A stretch of 64,000 bases of DNA from Octopus vulgaris (lineage: Eukaryota). The translations under genes and the position numbers were made by a program. Positions within the stretch are counted from its first letter, which is position 1. Every line of letters starts with the position of its first letter. Where the stretch lies: NCBI GenBank assembly GCA_951406725.2, contig OX597838.1, forward strand, positions 10,850,001 to 10,914,000, written 5' to 3'. This document shows positions 38,291 to 53,349 of this stretch, in pieces. The notes under the pieces were generated by a model, which saw only the letters and a list, made by a program, of their open reading frames with translations, was not told the DNA's origin and searched no databases.

Positions 38291-38704
38291 TACATATTAT
38301 GTACAATGAAAATTTATGTGTATAATAGTGTAATCATATGTGTATGATTGCCATCATAGATATATTTGAATGTTTTTATATGAAAATGTATTAATACACC
38401 TTTTCATGTATGCAACCATGAATTCAGTTACATACACACACATAAAATGTGACAAATGTGAATTTCTAAGATAAAAGAACGATGGTCCAGTGACATTTAA
38501 ATAAAATGGTTTTATAGTTTATAGCTAAGAAGATAATGGTGAAGTATACGGGTGTGTGTGTGTGTGTGTGTTTGTGTGTGTGTAAGATGGTAGTTTGGTC
38601 TCCTTCAGATGGTAGTTTGGTATCCTTCACTAATACATTAGAACACTTTCCATATATATACTTACATTTAATGATGTGGAAAGAAAGATACTTGGAAATG
38701 CCTC

Positions 38705-39440
38705 TATGAAAGGCTGCTAAATGAAGAGAATGAATGGGAGAAAGAGAGTTTGCCAAATGTTGACCCAACTGAGGGACCAGCTATCCAAATTGACAGTACC
38801 TTGATAGATAAAGCAATTAAGGATATGAAGACAGGGAAAGCCCCTGGCCCATCAGGAATTGCCACTGAGATGCTTAAAATATCTGGCGGTGTAGGCTATA
38901 GCCTAGTCAACTGTATAGTTAACCAGGTGGTACATGAAGGAGTCATATCCAGTGACTGGTGTAGTAGCACTATAGTCAACTGCTACAAAGGTAAAAGGTG
39001 AGGCTTTAGATACAAATAATTACAGAGGTATCAAGTTGTTGGATCAGGTAATGAAGGTCACAGAGAGGGTCATAGCCCAACTAATTAGGGAGAGAGTCAG
39101 TTTAGATGAGATGCAGTTTGGGTTTGTGCCAGGGTAAAGCACCACTGATGCTATATTTCTGGTAAGACAGCTGCAGGAGAAATACCTAGCCAAAGATAAA
39201 CCTCTGTACTTGGCTTTTGTTGACTTGGAGAAAGCCTTTGACAGGGTCTCCAGATCCTTTATCTGGTGGTCAATGCAGAAACAAGGGATAGACAAGTGGT
39301 TGGTAAGAACTGTGTGAGCCAGTAAGGTGAGAGTTGGCAATGAGTACAGTGAAGAATTCAGGGTACAAGTAGGGGTTCACCAAGGATCAGTCCTCAGCAT
39401 CCACTTGTTCATCATAGTCATTCAGGCAATAACAAAGGAA
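38705..39440 (+). mobile_element. RTE-clade LINE reverse transcriptase fragment (decayed)
   Basis: AIKDMKTGKAPGPSGIATEMLK...YKGK...NYRGIKLL...QFGFVPG...FVDLEKAFDRV...VGVHQGSVLS. Confidence 0.92.
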
Positions 39441-39442
39441 TT

Positions 39443-39474
<32 letters not shown>

Positions 39475-41569
39475 CACAACTATATGTAGACACAACTATA
39501 TGTAGACACAACTATATGTAGATACATGTATGTGTATTTTACCTATCAACATTTATCTCTCTCTCTGTGTATGTATATATATATATATATACACATATAC
39601 ACAAACACTCACACAAGATCGCACATATGTAAGATGTGTGTTCTTCATACACATAAACACACAAACACACCTATAGATATGTGCAGAGCTAATAATGCAT
39701 TAATATATAGAGGAGAGCTTGAGGGCTAATCAATCATTGAATGTTAAATAGGTTAATGTTTTGGGAATGGAGTTTAACATGTGCACACACACACACACAC
39801 TGAACATAAATACATAATGTACAGTATTATTATTGTTACATTAGCACATACATAGCATCTACTCGAAATCTTTAATACATTCTACACACGTGCATATAGT
39901 GGAATAGGTCCCTGTTAAATGTGTTGCCTGAGAGAACTTGGCCCCCACCCCCACCAAAATAGTTAAATGAACTAATAATCAGTTTCTTGTCAGTTTGGTA
40001 AATGACCACACAATCAGTTCTTACTTGAAGCCTGTTGTTGTTGCTGCTTAATTTCCAGACAATCCTAATGGAGCAGAACTATGAGCTTAAAGCTGTTCCA
40101 GCCATAACCATTCCATATTTTCATATATATCAAGTAAGTAGTAAATATTGCCCAGTCCATACTTCTCTATGCTAAAACACTCGAGAGTGACTTGAGGGTG
40201 ATTTGGTTGTTTTTTCCAGCAAGTTCAGTATAATATGGAGAGGCAACTAAGTAGATTAAAATGGGAAAAGATCACTGGAGTAAATCTTCAATTAAACAAA
40301 CCTTAATTAAACAGATTTTGGATATCCATCTGTCCATCTTCTTGGCCAACTATTCCTGGGAGAGTAATTAGGGGATTAGAACCATTAAGAGTTTAGAGCC
40401 CTTAGACATCTCCTCCACAGGGTCCTATCAGAACCAACCATCACTGTCATTTATACAAGAAGCCTTAACTTACATTATCTTGACCCTTTAGCATTCAGAT
40501 TACCCTGACAAGTGTAATGCTTGTTAATTCACATTGCTTTGAATTAACCCTTTAGTGATCTGATTATTCAACCAAACATAATGCCTATTGATTCCCATTG
40601 ATTTGAATTAATCATGCATTATCTCATATCTTCAAGATCTTGATGGTGTAATTACTTAATGTAGAATAACATTGTAGGGTAGGTGTGAGAGCCTGGATCT
40701 GGTCAGTTTGAACATAAAACAGATTAGCTATTTTGGCCGGATATGGCCGGTTTAAAAACTAAAGGGTTAATCTCATATCTCTGAGATTTCAATGGCATGG
40801 CTACTTATCTTTAGAATGACACTGTGCAAGAGGCCAGATCTGGCCAGTTAGAATATATAATTGGTAGGTGTCCATGACAGTGACATGCAAGAGGTACCAG
40901 TGGTAGTGTCACATTAAAGGCACCAATGCTGGTGATATGTAAAAGGCACCCATACTGGTTACACATAAAGGGCTCTTGAGCTGATGACATGTAAAAGACA
41001 CCAAGTACACTCTGTGGAGTGGTTGGCATTAGGAAGGGCAACCATCCAGCTGAAGAAAGCAAACCAAAAGAGACTGGAGCCTGGTGCAGCTCTCTGGTTT
41101 ACCAGTTCCAGTCAAACCATCGAACCAATGTCAGCATGGAAAACAGATGCTAAATGATGATGATGATGATATATATCGTACACATCATCACCATCATTTA
41201 GTGTCTGTTTTTCATGCTGGCATGGGTTACAAGTTTCTATCATTTGTTTCATATGTGCAATCCACCACTGTGGTTATTTGCAACCTCTGCTGCATTGGAT
41301 GGTCTCAGTGCAGCTGAACACTGAACTGCAACGGATCATCACAGGACGATGTGTTTTATTTGATTCTGTTGGAGAGAGATTAAATGACCACAATGGTGAA
41401 ACATATGTAGGGAACAAATGATTATAAACTTGAGTTTATCATACTTTCTCCTACATTTGCTGTGTATATCATAACTAGCAATACTGCTAAGTACAGTAGT
41501 AGCCACGCTGCTATACTAAATTTATACTTCTTGGGCTGAGCCTGAACAGCCCAAGTGCCGGAGTCGCCA

Positions 41570-41627
<58 letters not shown>

Positions 41628-41772
41628 AAAAATACAAACTGGGACAAGAACGCAAAACATTTAGAAGACGATACAAAAAACACGGACGGGACATTCGAAG
41701 CCTTCAATCTTCAGTCAAGAACCGGATCATCCTCGCAATTTCGGCACACACACACACAACAATGCTTGAAAG

Positions 41773-41841
<69 letters not shown>

Positions 41842-42719
41842 GTATGTATCTGTATGTATGTATACATACATACACACACACACATATATTTATTTATTTA
41901 AATGTAAAAAGACTTGAATGCTAGATCAAGTCTGTGTGTGCATGTGTGTGTCAATGTCGGCATGAGTGTGTATGCAAGATATATGAGGAGATAAAAGTGG
42001 AGAGAGAGAGAGAGAGAGAGATGAGAAATAGAAGTATACAGAGATAGAGAGAGAGCGAGAGAGGGAGATGTGGATATGAGACAATGAGATATTGAAACAT
42101 ATATGTGTGTGAATGAGAGAGAGAGAGAGAGAAAGAGAGAGGAAGAGGAAAGGAGGGAGGAGGTAAATAAGAAGCGAGATTGATAGACAACACTGGGGGA
42201 TGAGGAAAAATCAGTCAATATATAACTACAAATCAGCTATTTTAAAAATTTTTTATTTTACTCTAACTTCCCCCCTTTAATGATACCACACCTCCACGAC
42301 CAATGGCACCAAACTAAGCAGAGATTCATTGAGTCCTTAAGATGTTAATGCCTGTCACCTTTACCAAAATGTTATCGTAAAAACACATAAATCTCGCGGG
42401 GTGAGGGTAAGCTGGGAGACTTAGTGTTGGAGAGAAGCAGAGTTCAAAGTGACAGCAAATAAACAAAGATGGGTGATATGACCTTTACTGTAAAGAGTAG
42501 CATTGTGTTCTACCATACATGCATACATACATATATACATGCATACATACACTTTTGTGTTCTATAATTGAGTGTGAGTGTATGCATGTATGTGTAAATA
42601 TAAATATATATATATACATATATACACACACACAGACAGACATATATACATACATACATACATACATACATACACTTTTCTGTTCTATAATTGTGTGTGA
42701 GCGTATGCATGTATGTGTA

Positions 42720-42757
<38 letters not shown>

Positions 42758-42868
42758 TTACATACATACATATATACATACACACAGACAGACATATATA
42801 TATATACACACATGCACACACACATATATGCACATACATATACACACACATGTCTGTGTATGTATATG

Positions 42869-42900
<32 letters not shown>

Positions 42901-42950
42901 TATATATATAATACACATATATCTATATAAACACACTAATGTTCTATAAT

Positions 42951-42991
<41 letters not shown>

Positions 42992-43329
42992 AATAAAGTG
43001 TATGTATGTATGTATATATGTATGTATGTGTGTATATATATATATATTTTACTGGCTGACTAATAAAGTTCATCCACTGATACACACACACACACACACC
43101 CACAATACATAATTTACACTCAAACTGGAAGATTTCAGTTCTGGTGAATATTTCTTTTCCATTTTATAACTTTATAACTTTATCTCTGGCCGTACACCTC
43201 CACCAACACATATTTTTGTGCGTTTGTGAGCAATCACATGCACACACACACATACAAGTACATAAGAATGGGTATTTAACAAATAAGAGAAAGAGAAAAC
43301 AGAATTCACAAGATTCTTTATAATATATA

Positions 43330-43544
43330 CTCTTTACTCTTTTACTTGTTTCAGTAATTTTGACTGCGGCCATGCTGGAGCACCGCCTTTAGTCGAGCAA
43401 ATCGACCCCGGGACTTATTCTTTGTAAGCCCAGTACTTATTTTATCGGTCTCTTTTGCCGAACCGCTAAGTAACGGGGACATAAACACACCAGCATCGGT
43501 TGTCAAGCAATGCTAGGGGGACAAACACAGACACACAAACATGC

Positions 43545-43582
<38 letters not shown>

Positions 43583-43742
43583 GACAGGCTTCTTTCAGTT
43601 TCCGTCTACCAAATCCACTCACAAGGCATTGGTCGGCCCGGGGCTATAGCAGAAGACACTTGCCCAAGATGCCACGCAGTGGGACTGAACCCGGAACCAT
43701 GTGGTTGGTTAGCAAGCTACTTACCACACAGCCACTCCTGCG
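43330..43742 (-). mobile_element. SINE family S1
   Basis: Near-identical to 512-904 and 24256-24697. Confidence 0.9.
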
Positions 43743-43935
43743 AATAATAATAATAATTGTGTACAGTGCTCAGGTGCACTACAACTCATCTAAAGTGTAT
43801 ATATAATCAGGTGTAGTTTCGGCGGATTTCGGAAAGCATGAGGGCCTTAAAGGATGCAGTGTCATGGCAGTCAACAATGGTCATTAAGGCCCATCTTGCA
43901 TCAGTCTCTTGTGGGTGAGATTCTGGACAACTTGT

Positions 43936-44310
43936 GGCGCAATGGCCCAGTGGTTAGGGCAGCGGACTCGCGGTCATAGGATCGCGATTTCGATTCCCAG
44001 ACCGGGCGTTGGGAGTGTTTATTGAGCGAAAACACCTAAAGCTCCACAAGGCTCCGGCAGGGGATGGTGGTGATCCCTGCTGTACTCTTTCACCACAACG
44101 TTCTCTCACTCTTACTTCCTGTTTCTGTTGTACCTGTATTTCAAAGGACCGGCCTTGTCACTCTCTGTGTCACGCTGAATGTCCCCGAGAACTGCGTTAA
44201 GGGTACACGTGTCTGTGGAGTGCTCAGCCACTTACACGTTAATTTCACGAGCAGGCTGTTCCGTTGATTCGGATCAACCGGAACCCTCGTCGTCGTAACC
44301 GATGGAGTGT
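43936..44310 (+). mobile_element. SINE family S3
   Basis: Homology to 37089-37462. Confidence 0.9.
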
Positions 44311-45276
44311 GGTGCATCATTTGGTACAGATTTGTCTTGTCAGGTGACTTTTCAAAAGGTACCCCACTCAGTAAACTTGGTTTCACTTGGTTCCACTTGG
44401 TTCGATTATAATACATTTCATTATTTGCTTGTAGCTGGCTGCATACAGGAGGTATTGTTGTTTGGAAGGACATGGAATGGAGTGGGGATATAGACTGCAA
44501 CCATGCTGAACCACCAAGGGTTTCTATCGATAACATTGTTCTCCTCTCATTCCCTAGTATCTATTCCAAGTGGGTACTTAAATAATTGACTTAGAATTGT
44601 TGAAACACAACAGCATTTAAACCAGCCATATCAGACCCAAAATCTACCTGTTTTATGTCCAAATTGACCAGATCTCACCTCTCACACCTGCCCTACAAAG
44701 TCATTCTAAAATTGTACATTCCTTTCATTGAAATCTTGAAGCTAAAAGATTTAAGACCTCCTTTGGTTATGAATGACCATGGGATTACCCCTAAAAAGTT
44801 ACCCTCAGAGGCACAAATCCAGGCAAGGTTGTTTATGGAAGACCAGCAGTCGCCCATGCATAGTAGCCGCCACTCTTCATGCCACCAATGTTATCCAAGA
44901 GTAAGGCAAAGGCCGATACAGCTTGGCACAAGGGATGTCTCAACTCATTTCTACAACTGAGTGAACTGGAGCAACGTGAAATACAGTGTCTTGCTCAAGA
45001 ACACAACACACAGCCCGATCCAGGATTTGAACTCACTACCTTATGATAGTGAGCTTGATGTTCTAACCACTGAGTCATAATGGATGGTTAATTCAAAACA
45101 ATGTGATTAAATAAGCATTGCATTGGAGAGAGTAATCTGAATTCTGAAAGGTTGAAGTAATACAATAATGTTAATGAAGATCTATAAATTTATGTAACAT
45201 AATAGAAACAGAACATTTATAAAATGTGCATGTTCTACACAGAGGTTTATACAAGAAGTGTTTACTTAAGATAATC

Positions 45277-45870
45277 TTAACCCACCTGCACTCGGATTAT
45301 TCTGTCAAATGTAATGTTTAATAATTCACATTGATTGGAATTAATCTATGAAGTATCTCATATTTTGGGGGTTTCAATGATGTGCTTGGTTATTTTTAGA
45401 ATGGCACTGTAGGGTAGGTATGAGAGGCCTGATCTGATGAGTTTGAACAAAAAATAGGTAGAATATTTAGGTCAGATATGGCCTGTTTAAATGCTAAAGG
45501 GTTAACCTTTTTTGATACCAACCCGGCTGAAACTGGCTCTGGCTTTGTAGTACAAATGTCTTGTTTTCAGAAGTTTTGAATTAAAATCCTCCACTAAACC
45601 TTAGTCCCAATTTATGGTCCTAACACAAGCTGAATGATAACTAAGTTATTTTACTAAATTCTTTGTTATATTTAAAGTAAATGAAAAAAATACAGAGCAT
45701 CTCAAAATAAATACAGTAACAAAAGGGTTAAATAGCATTTTCGTATTGAAAATCAGGGTGATTTATACAAGAGGTCTTATATTATCTTAACCCATTTGAA
45801 TTCGGATTACTCTGTCAAATGTAAAGCTTATTAATTCACATTTGACTAATCTAAAATGCTAAAGGGTTAA
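45277..45870. mobile_element. Cluster of piggyBac-type MITEs, two sharing one TTAA site
   Basis: ...ctaaagggTTAAccttttt... at ~45502-45505; the second element ends aaagggttaa at ~45731. Confidence 0.7.
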
Positions 45871-46085
45871 ACACAGCATGAACACAGATATACACCCACG
45901 TATATACACACAGCAGATACATCCACCCACACAATTTATCGAAGTAAATGTTATATAAAATGGTTAAGGCAGATCACACCTGTCACTTGTACTGTCTTCA
46001 TATTTTGACAGAAAAAAAAAAGCTTTGGTTTTTGATTTTTTACCAGGAAGACAGCTGATTATAATGACAAGTTGTTGCTATTGTT

Positions 46086-46116
<31 letters not shown>

Positions 46117-47959
46117 GGGAAGAGAGAGAGAGAGAGCAAGTGTGCATGTGCAAAAGATAGATAGACAAGTAGCCTGTTGTCACCATTGTAACTAACAAAA
46201 TTTTCACTATATAACAGTATACTGGTAAAAGAAAACGGCTCAGTGGTTAGAGCTTCTGGTTCACAATCATGAGGTAGTGAGTTTAATTCCCAGAGCGGGC
46301 TGTGTGTTGTATTCTTGAGCAAGACATTATTTCACACTGCTCCAGTTCACTCGGCTGTTGAAATGAGTTGCGATGTCAATGGTACCAAGCTGTATCGGCC
46401 TTTACCTTTCTCTTGGATAACATCGATGGTATGGGGAGGGGAGGCTGGTATGCACAGGTGTAAACAAACCTTTAACTCTGCACCCCAGAGCCATCCTTAA
46501 ATGTGGTTTGAAAAACATTTAGTTGCTATTTCTAGCCGTATGAGTGACCACATAAGGCTTTATTTCTTGGCTAGAGTTGACAGAAATAGTGCTGTTGTCA
46601 TTCAGCACTAGGTCAGTGCTGATCAAAGAGATCAATGATCAAAGACATTCCAGTTGTGACCATCATGTCATTTTAAGGTTATTGAGGACTATCCATTCAT
46701 CTTTTCCACACATGATGTTTGAGAGAGTTGTAGGGGTAGAGTCTTCAAGTACCTTCTTCACAGGGTTCTATCAGAAGCAACGGTCACTGCATTTTCTGGC
46801 TGGACTCCCAAGCTTGACCAACTGAGATTATGAATATTATCGCACCATCCTCATTCTTGGTCTCCCACCCCTAGATCTTCCACCAGTTGGCTCAGCTTGA
46901 AGAAGTCATATTGCAATTCTTTCAGTGATATTCTAATCACATGTCTGTAATACTGACCTCTCAATATGCAAAAGTAGTGTCTTGATTTGGAGTCTCCCTG
47001 ATCTGCGACTTATGTACCATTATTCCAGAGGAACCCTATTTCAGGAACTTGTATTTTGCAAGTTCAGTAAATATCAGTTTGGTGCTTGGCATGAATAAGA
47101 CGACTACAAACTGCAAAATGGAAAAAAGTTTGAAGGAATAACGATATTGCAGGCCCATCATGTGGGTTAACAAAGGATGCTTTCAGATCTTATGCAGAGG
47201 GATCCATTTGAAAAATACATTGCAGTTTCCACCCAGCAATAAACCTGCAACTTTTTCTAGAGGTGTAAGACAGGAGCATAAAGGATATGTATTCTGGAAC
47301 CCCAAAACAAATACAGAGGGAATAACAGTTAGTGACAGGATTATTTTGGACTACATTATCAAATTCTTTCCATTATATGAAAGATTTTACTGCTATTTCT
47401 AATAAGGCAATGACTACATCCATGGCTTGAGCTGATAGCTGTTTGTTCTAATGTATGTGACAAGCTATAAAAAAAAAAGTTGCTTTGGCAATAGCACTCA
47501 GCATAATTCTTGTTGTAACAGTTAATGACATTGATGGACTTTTTTAGCATTCGCCAATAATTATTATTGTTGTTGTTGCTGTGTTGTTATCTTTAGCATG
47601 ACGTTGCCAAGTTTACTGCCATTCTTCCCTTAACCAAACTACTCAACATTCTCAACAATATCACAAGATGGCTGTGACACATATTTTTTGACAAGAAAAA
47701 TAAAGAGAAACGACACATCCATGAAATTCTTCTTCTTCCTCCCCTTCTTACACACACACACACACAATAATAATAATAATAATAATTATATATATGTATG
47801 TGTAAACTTGTAATAATATAGTGTATGTGTGTATATTTAAATATGCAATTGTATATAAATATACAATATATATTGCTCATTTCAACTATACATACACATC
47901 CATTGACAGGAACATATACACATACACACAAACATATACCATGCCAACATCTATCTGTA

Positions 47960-49233
47960 TATTGTGTCATCCCATAAATAATGCAGGTTTTTTTCAATTG
48001 CATGAATTAAAAATTAGAGGAGAATGTGATTAACTACCTGCATCAACTTGCTATAAAAGCAGGTAGTAATTTTACCATGTGCTTATCCTTAGTGCAGGTT
48101 TTGAAGAGTGCAGTTTGATTTTAACATTTATTTTTTCAAAGCTATAATGGAAGTGACAGAGGAGCATATTTTGCTTTATGAGTTTGATAAAGGCAACACC
48201 ACAACAGAAAGTGCAAGGAATACTAATGCAGTACATGGAGATCGGACAATAAGTGTAAGCCAGGGTAAACAGTGGTTCCAGAAATTCCAAGCCCAAAACT
48301 ACAGGCTAGAAAACAAGCCTCATCTTGGAAGATCTGTAGAGCTTGACAAAGATGTCCTGCAAACCTTGGTGGAACAAAATCCCATCATAACTGTTGAGGA
48401 ACTAGCAGAGAAGCTTGGATTTGGCCATTCAACTATTCATTGAGACCCGAGTACCATAAAAAAAGACAGCAAATTGGGACAATGGGTTCTTCACAAACTT
48501 TCCGAGTCTAATCGCATGCAGAAAGTGAATGTATACTCTTCTTTGCTGTCACGTCTCACAAATGAACCATTTTTGGATCGAATAGTGACTAATGATGAGA
48601 AATGGGTTCTCTACAAAAATGTCAATTGCAAAAGACAGTGGGTAGGGAAAGGAGAAACACCGGCACCCCAGGTTAAAGAAGGTCTTCACTCACATAAGGT
48701 GTTGTTATCTGTTTGGTGGGATATGAAAGGTTTAGTCAACTTTGAGTTTTTAAACCGAAACCAAAGAATAACAAAGGAGATCTACTGGGAGCAGCTTGAG
48801 CGGCTTAAGTCAGCACCAGAAGAAAAAAAAATGACCATCTTTGGTTTCAAGATGAAAGGTGTTCCTCCATCATGATAATACTCAGCCACATACAATGGGG
48901 ATGACATTCGAAAGGCTGGAAACAATGCCTCGCCCATCATATTCGCCGGACATTGCCCCATCTGATTATCATTTATTTCAGTCTTCAAAATTATTTGGAC
49001 AGAAAAAATATGAATTCTGTAGACAAGGTCAGAACAGTACTGGAGGAGTGTTTTTTGTCATGGACAAGTGAATTTTGGAAGAGGGGGTGGGGCTTTCAAG
49101 TCTACCAGATAGACGGAAAGGCATTGTAGAAAATGAAAGAGAGTATATTTTAGATTAAAAAAAAAAATTATCTTAATTCTGAAAAATAAGAGAAGTATGA
49201 AAAAAACCACATTATTTATGGGATGACCCAATA
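47960..49233 (+). mobile_element. Near full-length decayed mariner (DD34D-type) transposon
   Basis: TIRs tattg(t/g)gtcatcccataaataatg, TA flanks. Broken transposase with WVLHKL, RIVTNDEKW, HHDNT.PH and SPDIAPSDYHLF motifs. Confidence 0.93.
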
Positions 49234-49867
49234 TATGCAGACATGCATACATAATACATGCACACAAACATGTAAACATGCAAACATACATATGCAAACA
49301 CACCCACATACACACACCTAATATGTCTACACAGATATATACATCTAAAATTTAAAGCATATATACATGTGTGCCTGAGCATATGTCTAACGGTACATTA
49401 TGTTTAGGGAGGCAATGAAACAACAAATTATAAATGAAATAATGTGTGTACATGTGTGTGTGTGTGTGTGTGTGTATGTATACACACACCCATATCATTT
49501 ATGTTTATCATTAGAGTTATATAACAACCAGAGAGAGAGAGAGAGACCTAGTAAAATTCCAATCAATTCAGTTTCTGGAGTTTATGTACGAGATGATGTA
49601 AAGTTAATATAGCAGAAAGATAGCTAAATGGAGCATTATTCCTTTCTCTCAACTCCACCTTTGAGCAATACAACATGGCAGAAGGATTGATGTCAAAATT
49701 ACATCAAGAGATACAGAGACAAGAATAGACAACTAATAGCTTTTGACCAATTATAAAATTGACTTAATAACAGCTTTTCGGTGAAGTAATGATTTCCTAC
49801 CAGTCAGATTTTATACATATATGTATATACGTGTGTGCGTGCGTGTATATTTATATATATGTATTAT

Positions 49868-49899
<32 letters not shown>

Positions 49900-49901
49900 T
49901 A

Positions 49902-50133
49902 AAGGCGGCGAGCTGGCAGAAACGTTAGCGTGCCGGGCGAAATGCTTAGCGGTATTTCATCTGTCGTTACGTTCTGAGTTCAAATTCCGCCGAGGTCGAC
50001 TTTGCCTTTCATCCTCTCAGGGTCGATAAATAAAGTACCAGTTTCACACTGGGTCGATGTAAACGACTTAATCCCTTTGTCTGTCCTTTTTTTGTCCCCT
50101 CTGTGTTTAGCCCCTTGTGGGTAGTAAAGAAAT
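49902..50133 (+). mobile_element. tRNA-like SINE family S2
   Basis: GGCGGCGAGCTGGCAGAA...GAGTTCAAATTC...GCCTTTCATCCT..GGGTCGATAAA..AGTACCAG. Other copies on - at ~9190-9530, 13978-14490, 18313-18552, 27653-27880, 32598-32795. Confidence 0.88.
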
Positions 50134-50461
50134 ATATATATATATATATATATGTATATAGTGTGTGTAAAATATATATATACATGCACAAACATATGTA
50201 TGTATGTATGTATGTACACACACACACACAGGGTAATAATTTTATATTCAGGTATACATCTTCTAGTATGCTGTTTAAAGCCCTTCCACAGTATTCGGCT
50301 ACCTGATGTCAACAACAGTATGTCACTGGATTTACTTCAGGAATTTCATTGTGTCTGTAGAGTTTATATAAGACACGAGAGATAGAAAATGGAATTCATA
50401 AAACTCTTTATTCAGAATCATGATGATTGCTTTGACCCATCATTCACCAATACCTTACAGA

Positions 50462-50634
50462 CACTAGCATAGCTAGAGTGTGTCCTGCCAGGGGCAGCCC
50501 TTCCATTTTCTGCTCCCCCCTCCCCAGACCCCGCAAAAAACACATATTGCCTACAGCAGACCCAAAGTGGTGGTCCTTTAAAAGTGCTGCCCAGGCTGGA
50601 CTGCCCCTACTGCCCTACCCTAGCTACGCTAGTG
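50462..50634. mobile_element. hAT-like MITE
   Basis: TIRs cactagcatagctag / ctagctacgctagtg; imperfect 8-bp flanks cttacaga / attacagg. Confidence 0.68.
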
Positions 50635-50869
50635 ATTACAGGTGAGATGCCGTACGTAAAATTGTCATGCAACCTAGGTGCAGATGTGTCTCCCAGGGTG
50701 ACTTTTCTAAAAGTACCTACTTTTGTACTTGCCATTTCGCTTATTTCTACAACAGCATACTATCTGTCTCCATAAGGAACTGAGATATAATGGAAGAATT
50801 CTTCTCATATAAGCAATAAAATAAAGAATACAAAGATAAAAGAATAAGGACTCGAAAAATAAAATAAAA

Positions 50870-51782
50870 TAAATGAAATGTAATAAGAAATTGGATATTC
50901 TGTGGTATAATCCTATCTGTGGATTAGAAATGTCATCTAAGATTGCTCAGGAATTCTTTACCACATTGGATAAATGTTTTCCAAAATCTAATAGATATAT
51001 CATAAGATTCTTAACAGGTACACAATGAATGTGTCATGTGCAAATTCTAGTAAACCTAGAATACCATATACATAAAATTAATAAGAAATGAAACTGGAAG
51101 ATAAACAACACAGTGATGGAGGAAAGAATAAAGGATAATTTATCTAATAAGGAGTCTGATAATAAGGAAGAAACATGTTCCAATAATTACAATGGAATTA
51201 ATAATATAAAAAAATACAGAGAAAATACTGCTGACAGCAAATATGTTGAAAATTTGAATACTCACAATACTCACAACTGTAGTGATTAACTTAATGAAAG
51301 CCAATTAAGGCCACATGATAATAAAAGAAAAAAAAATAGAAGAAAAACTAAGAAGGGAAGAAAAAAGAATAATGAAACAGTAGAGAACTAAAGAACAATT
51401 GTACTTTTAGGAACAAAAACACATGTCCTTTATACAACCGATGCATGCATTGTAACATAATATACAAAAGCACAGTGAGTACCTGAGGAAGTACATATGT
51501 ATATAGAGGAATCTGCAGATTTTTTCAAAAGTTGATATTACAAACATGTTGCCTGTTTCAATACGATTGATAAAAGACATTCTACCTCACTATCAGACTT
51601 GATATGGAGACTAAAAGAAGATGGAATGAAATATAGTATTTCTTAGTTCGCATACCCATATTATACCTTTCCTTGAAAATGCCATCTATGCTTGGAGGAA
51701 TCCCTGTGCATTTTATTGAGTGAAAAGAACTTAGTCAACAAATGCTCCAAACAAATTATAAAATGTGACCACAGACCCATAT
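50870..51782 (+). mobile_element. Decayed Penelope-like retroelement fragment (GIY-YIG)
   Basis: Frameshifted peptides ILWYNP...LDKCFPKSNRY/HKILNRYT, NCTFRNKNTCPLYNRC..NIIYKS, MYI....FFKS*YYKH...STSLSDLIWRLKE, CHLCLEESLCIL...CDH. Confidence 0.8.
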
Positions 51783-52269
51783 ATATGTATATATATGGTG
51801 GCATGTTAGGAGCACAGTTGGAGCATTGGGCCTCACAGAGGCAAAAGTGGGTGAGTTCCTTTGGAGCATTGAGCCTCATGGAGGCAAAGTGGTTGAAGTC
51901 CTTTCAAGTGTTGAGCTTCATGGATGCAAAGTGGTCAAGTTCCTTTCGGGTGCTGGGCCTCACAGAGGCAATGACCAAGACCTTTGGCATTACGTTGTGC
52001 TTGAGAAGAAGACCCATTGAGTCAAGAAAAATCACAGTCAGGGCAGATACAGGTGTCATACAAATGGCACCCATGCCAGTGGCACGTAAAAGCACCCATT
52101 ACACTCTCGGAGTTGTTGGCATTAGGAAGGGCATCCAGCCATAGAAAACCATGCAAAATCAGACTGGAGTCTGGTGCAGCCATCCAGCTTACCAGTCCTG
52201 GTCAAGCTGTCGAACCCAATCCAGCATGGACAACAGACATAAAATGATGACGACGACGATATATATCTA

Positions 52270-52325
<56 letters not shown>

Positions 52326-52421
52326 TAATCCAAACAAGAAAGCACAAAAAAACACAACAACGCGAGGACGTGGAACAAATAAAGTATTATTGGACACTCA
52401 GGAAAGAAGGGAAGAAGGAGG

Positions 52422-52456
52422 GTTTAACGTTTCGAGTGAAGCTCTTCGTGGGAAAC
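52422..52456 (-). ncRNA. Degenerate hammerhead-like motif, same family as 17207
   Basis: Minus strand: gttt-CCCACGA-a-gagc-ttc-actc-GAAA-cg-TT-aaac. Confidence 0.5.
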
Positions 52457-52529
52457 ATAGGAGAAGGAAAGATCCAGAGAAGGGAAGACAGAGGGAAAAA
52501 AATCGCCAACAGTACACACAAGGTCACAT

Positions 52530-52574
<45 letters not shown>

Positions 52575-52930
52575 GCACACATACACACAAACTCTCATTG
52601 ACATACATATGCACTTCAACAATGATAATAGCAATATGATTGAAGCAAAAACAAACCATTTATCAAATAGCGAAGTGAATTGTTTTCCACCAGAAAATAT
52701 CAATCAGTTAAGATCCTAAAATCTCTTTAAAGTAATTTACTGCAAACATTATTGTTGATTTATTCATTAATTTGATATTAAAATGTTTTAATCTTACACA
52801 CATACACACATACATAGATATACACACACGCACACATGAATAAGAAGCTTGGTAATAAATTTGGACAAAAAGACAGGAAAAAATGAATCTCAGGAAATTC
52901 ATTTATATAAATAGTAGATTTGTACAGTGA

Positions 52931-53245
52931 GGGCGCGTGGCTTAGTGGTTAGGGCATTCGGCTCATGATCGTAAGGTTGTGAGCTCGATTCCCGGCGACG
53001 CATTGTGTCCTTGAGCAAGACACTTTATTTCACGTTGCTCCAGTCCACTCAGCTGGCAAAAATGAGTTGTACCTGTATTTCAAAGGGCCGGCCTTGTCAC
53101 TGTCTGTGTCACGCTGATTATCCCCGAGAACTACGTTAAGGGTACACGTGTCTGTGGAATGCTCAGCCATTTGCACGTTAATTTCACGAGCAAGCTGTTC
53201 CGTTGATCGTATCAGCTGGGACCCTCGTCGTCGTAACCGGCGGAG
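52931..53245 (+). mobile_element. SINE with S4-type head/core and S3-type 3' half
   Basis: S4-like up to ...ccactcagctggcaaaaatgag, then gtacctgtatttcaaagggccggcc... as in S3. A similar copy lies at ~35810-36102 (-). Confidence 0.8.
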
Positions 53246-53309
53246 TAATAGAAAGATTTGTACAAAATGTAGTAAATTACTAAGAATATTGCTCAGAAGC
53301 ATACAAAAT

Positions 53310-53349
<40 letters not shown>

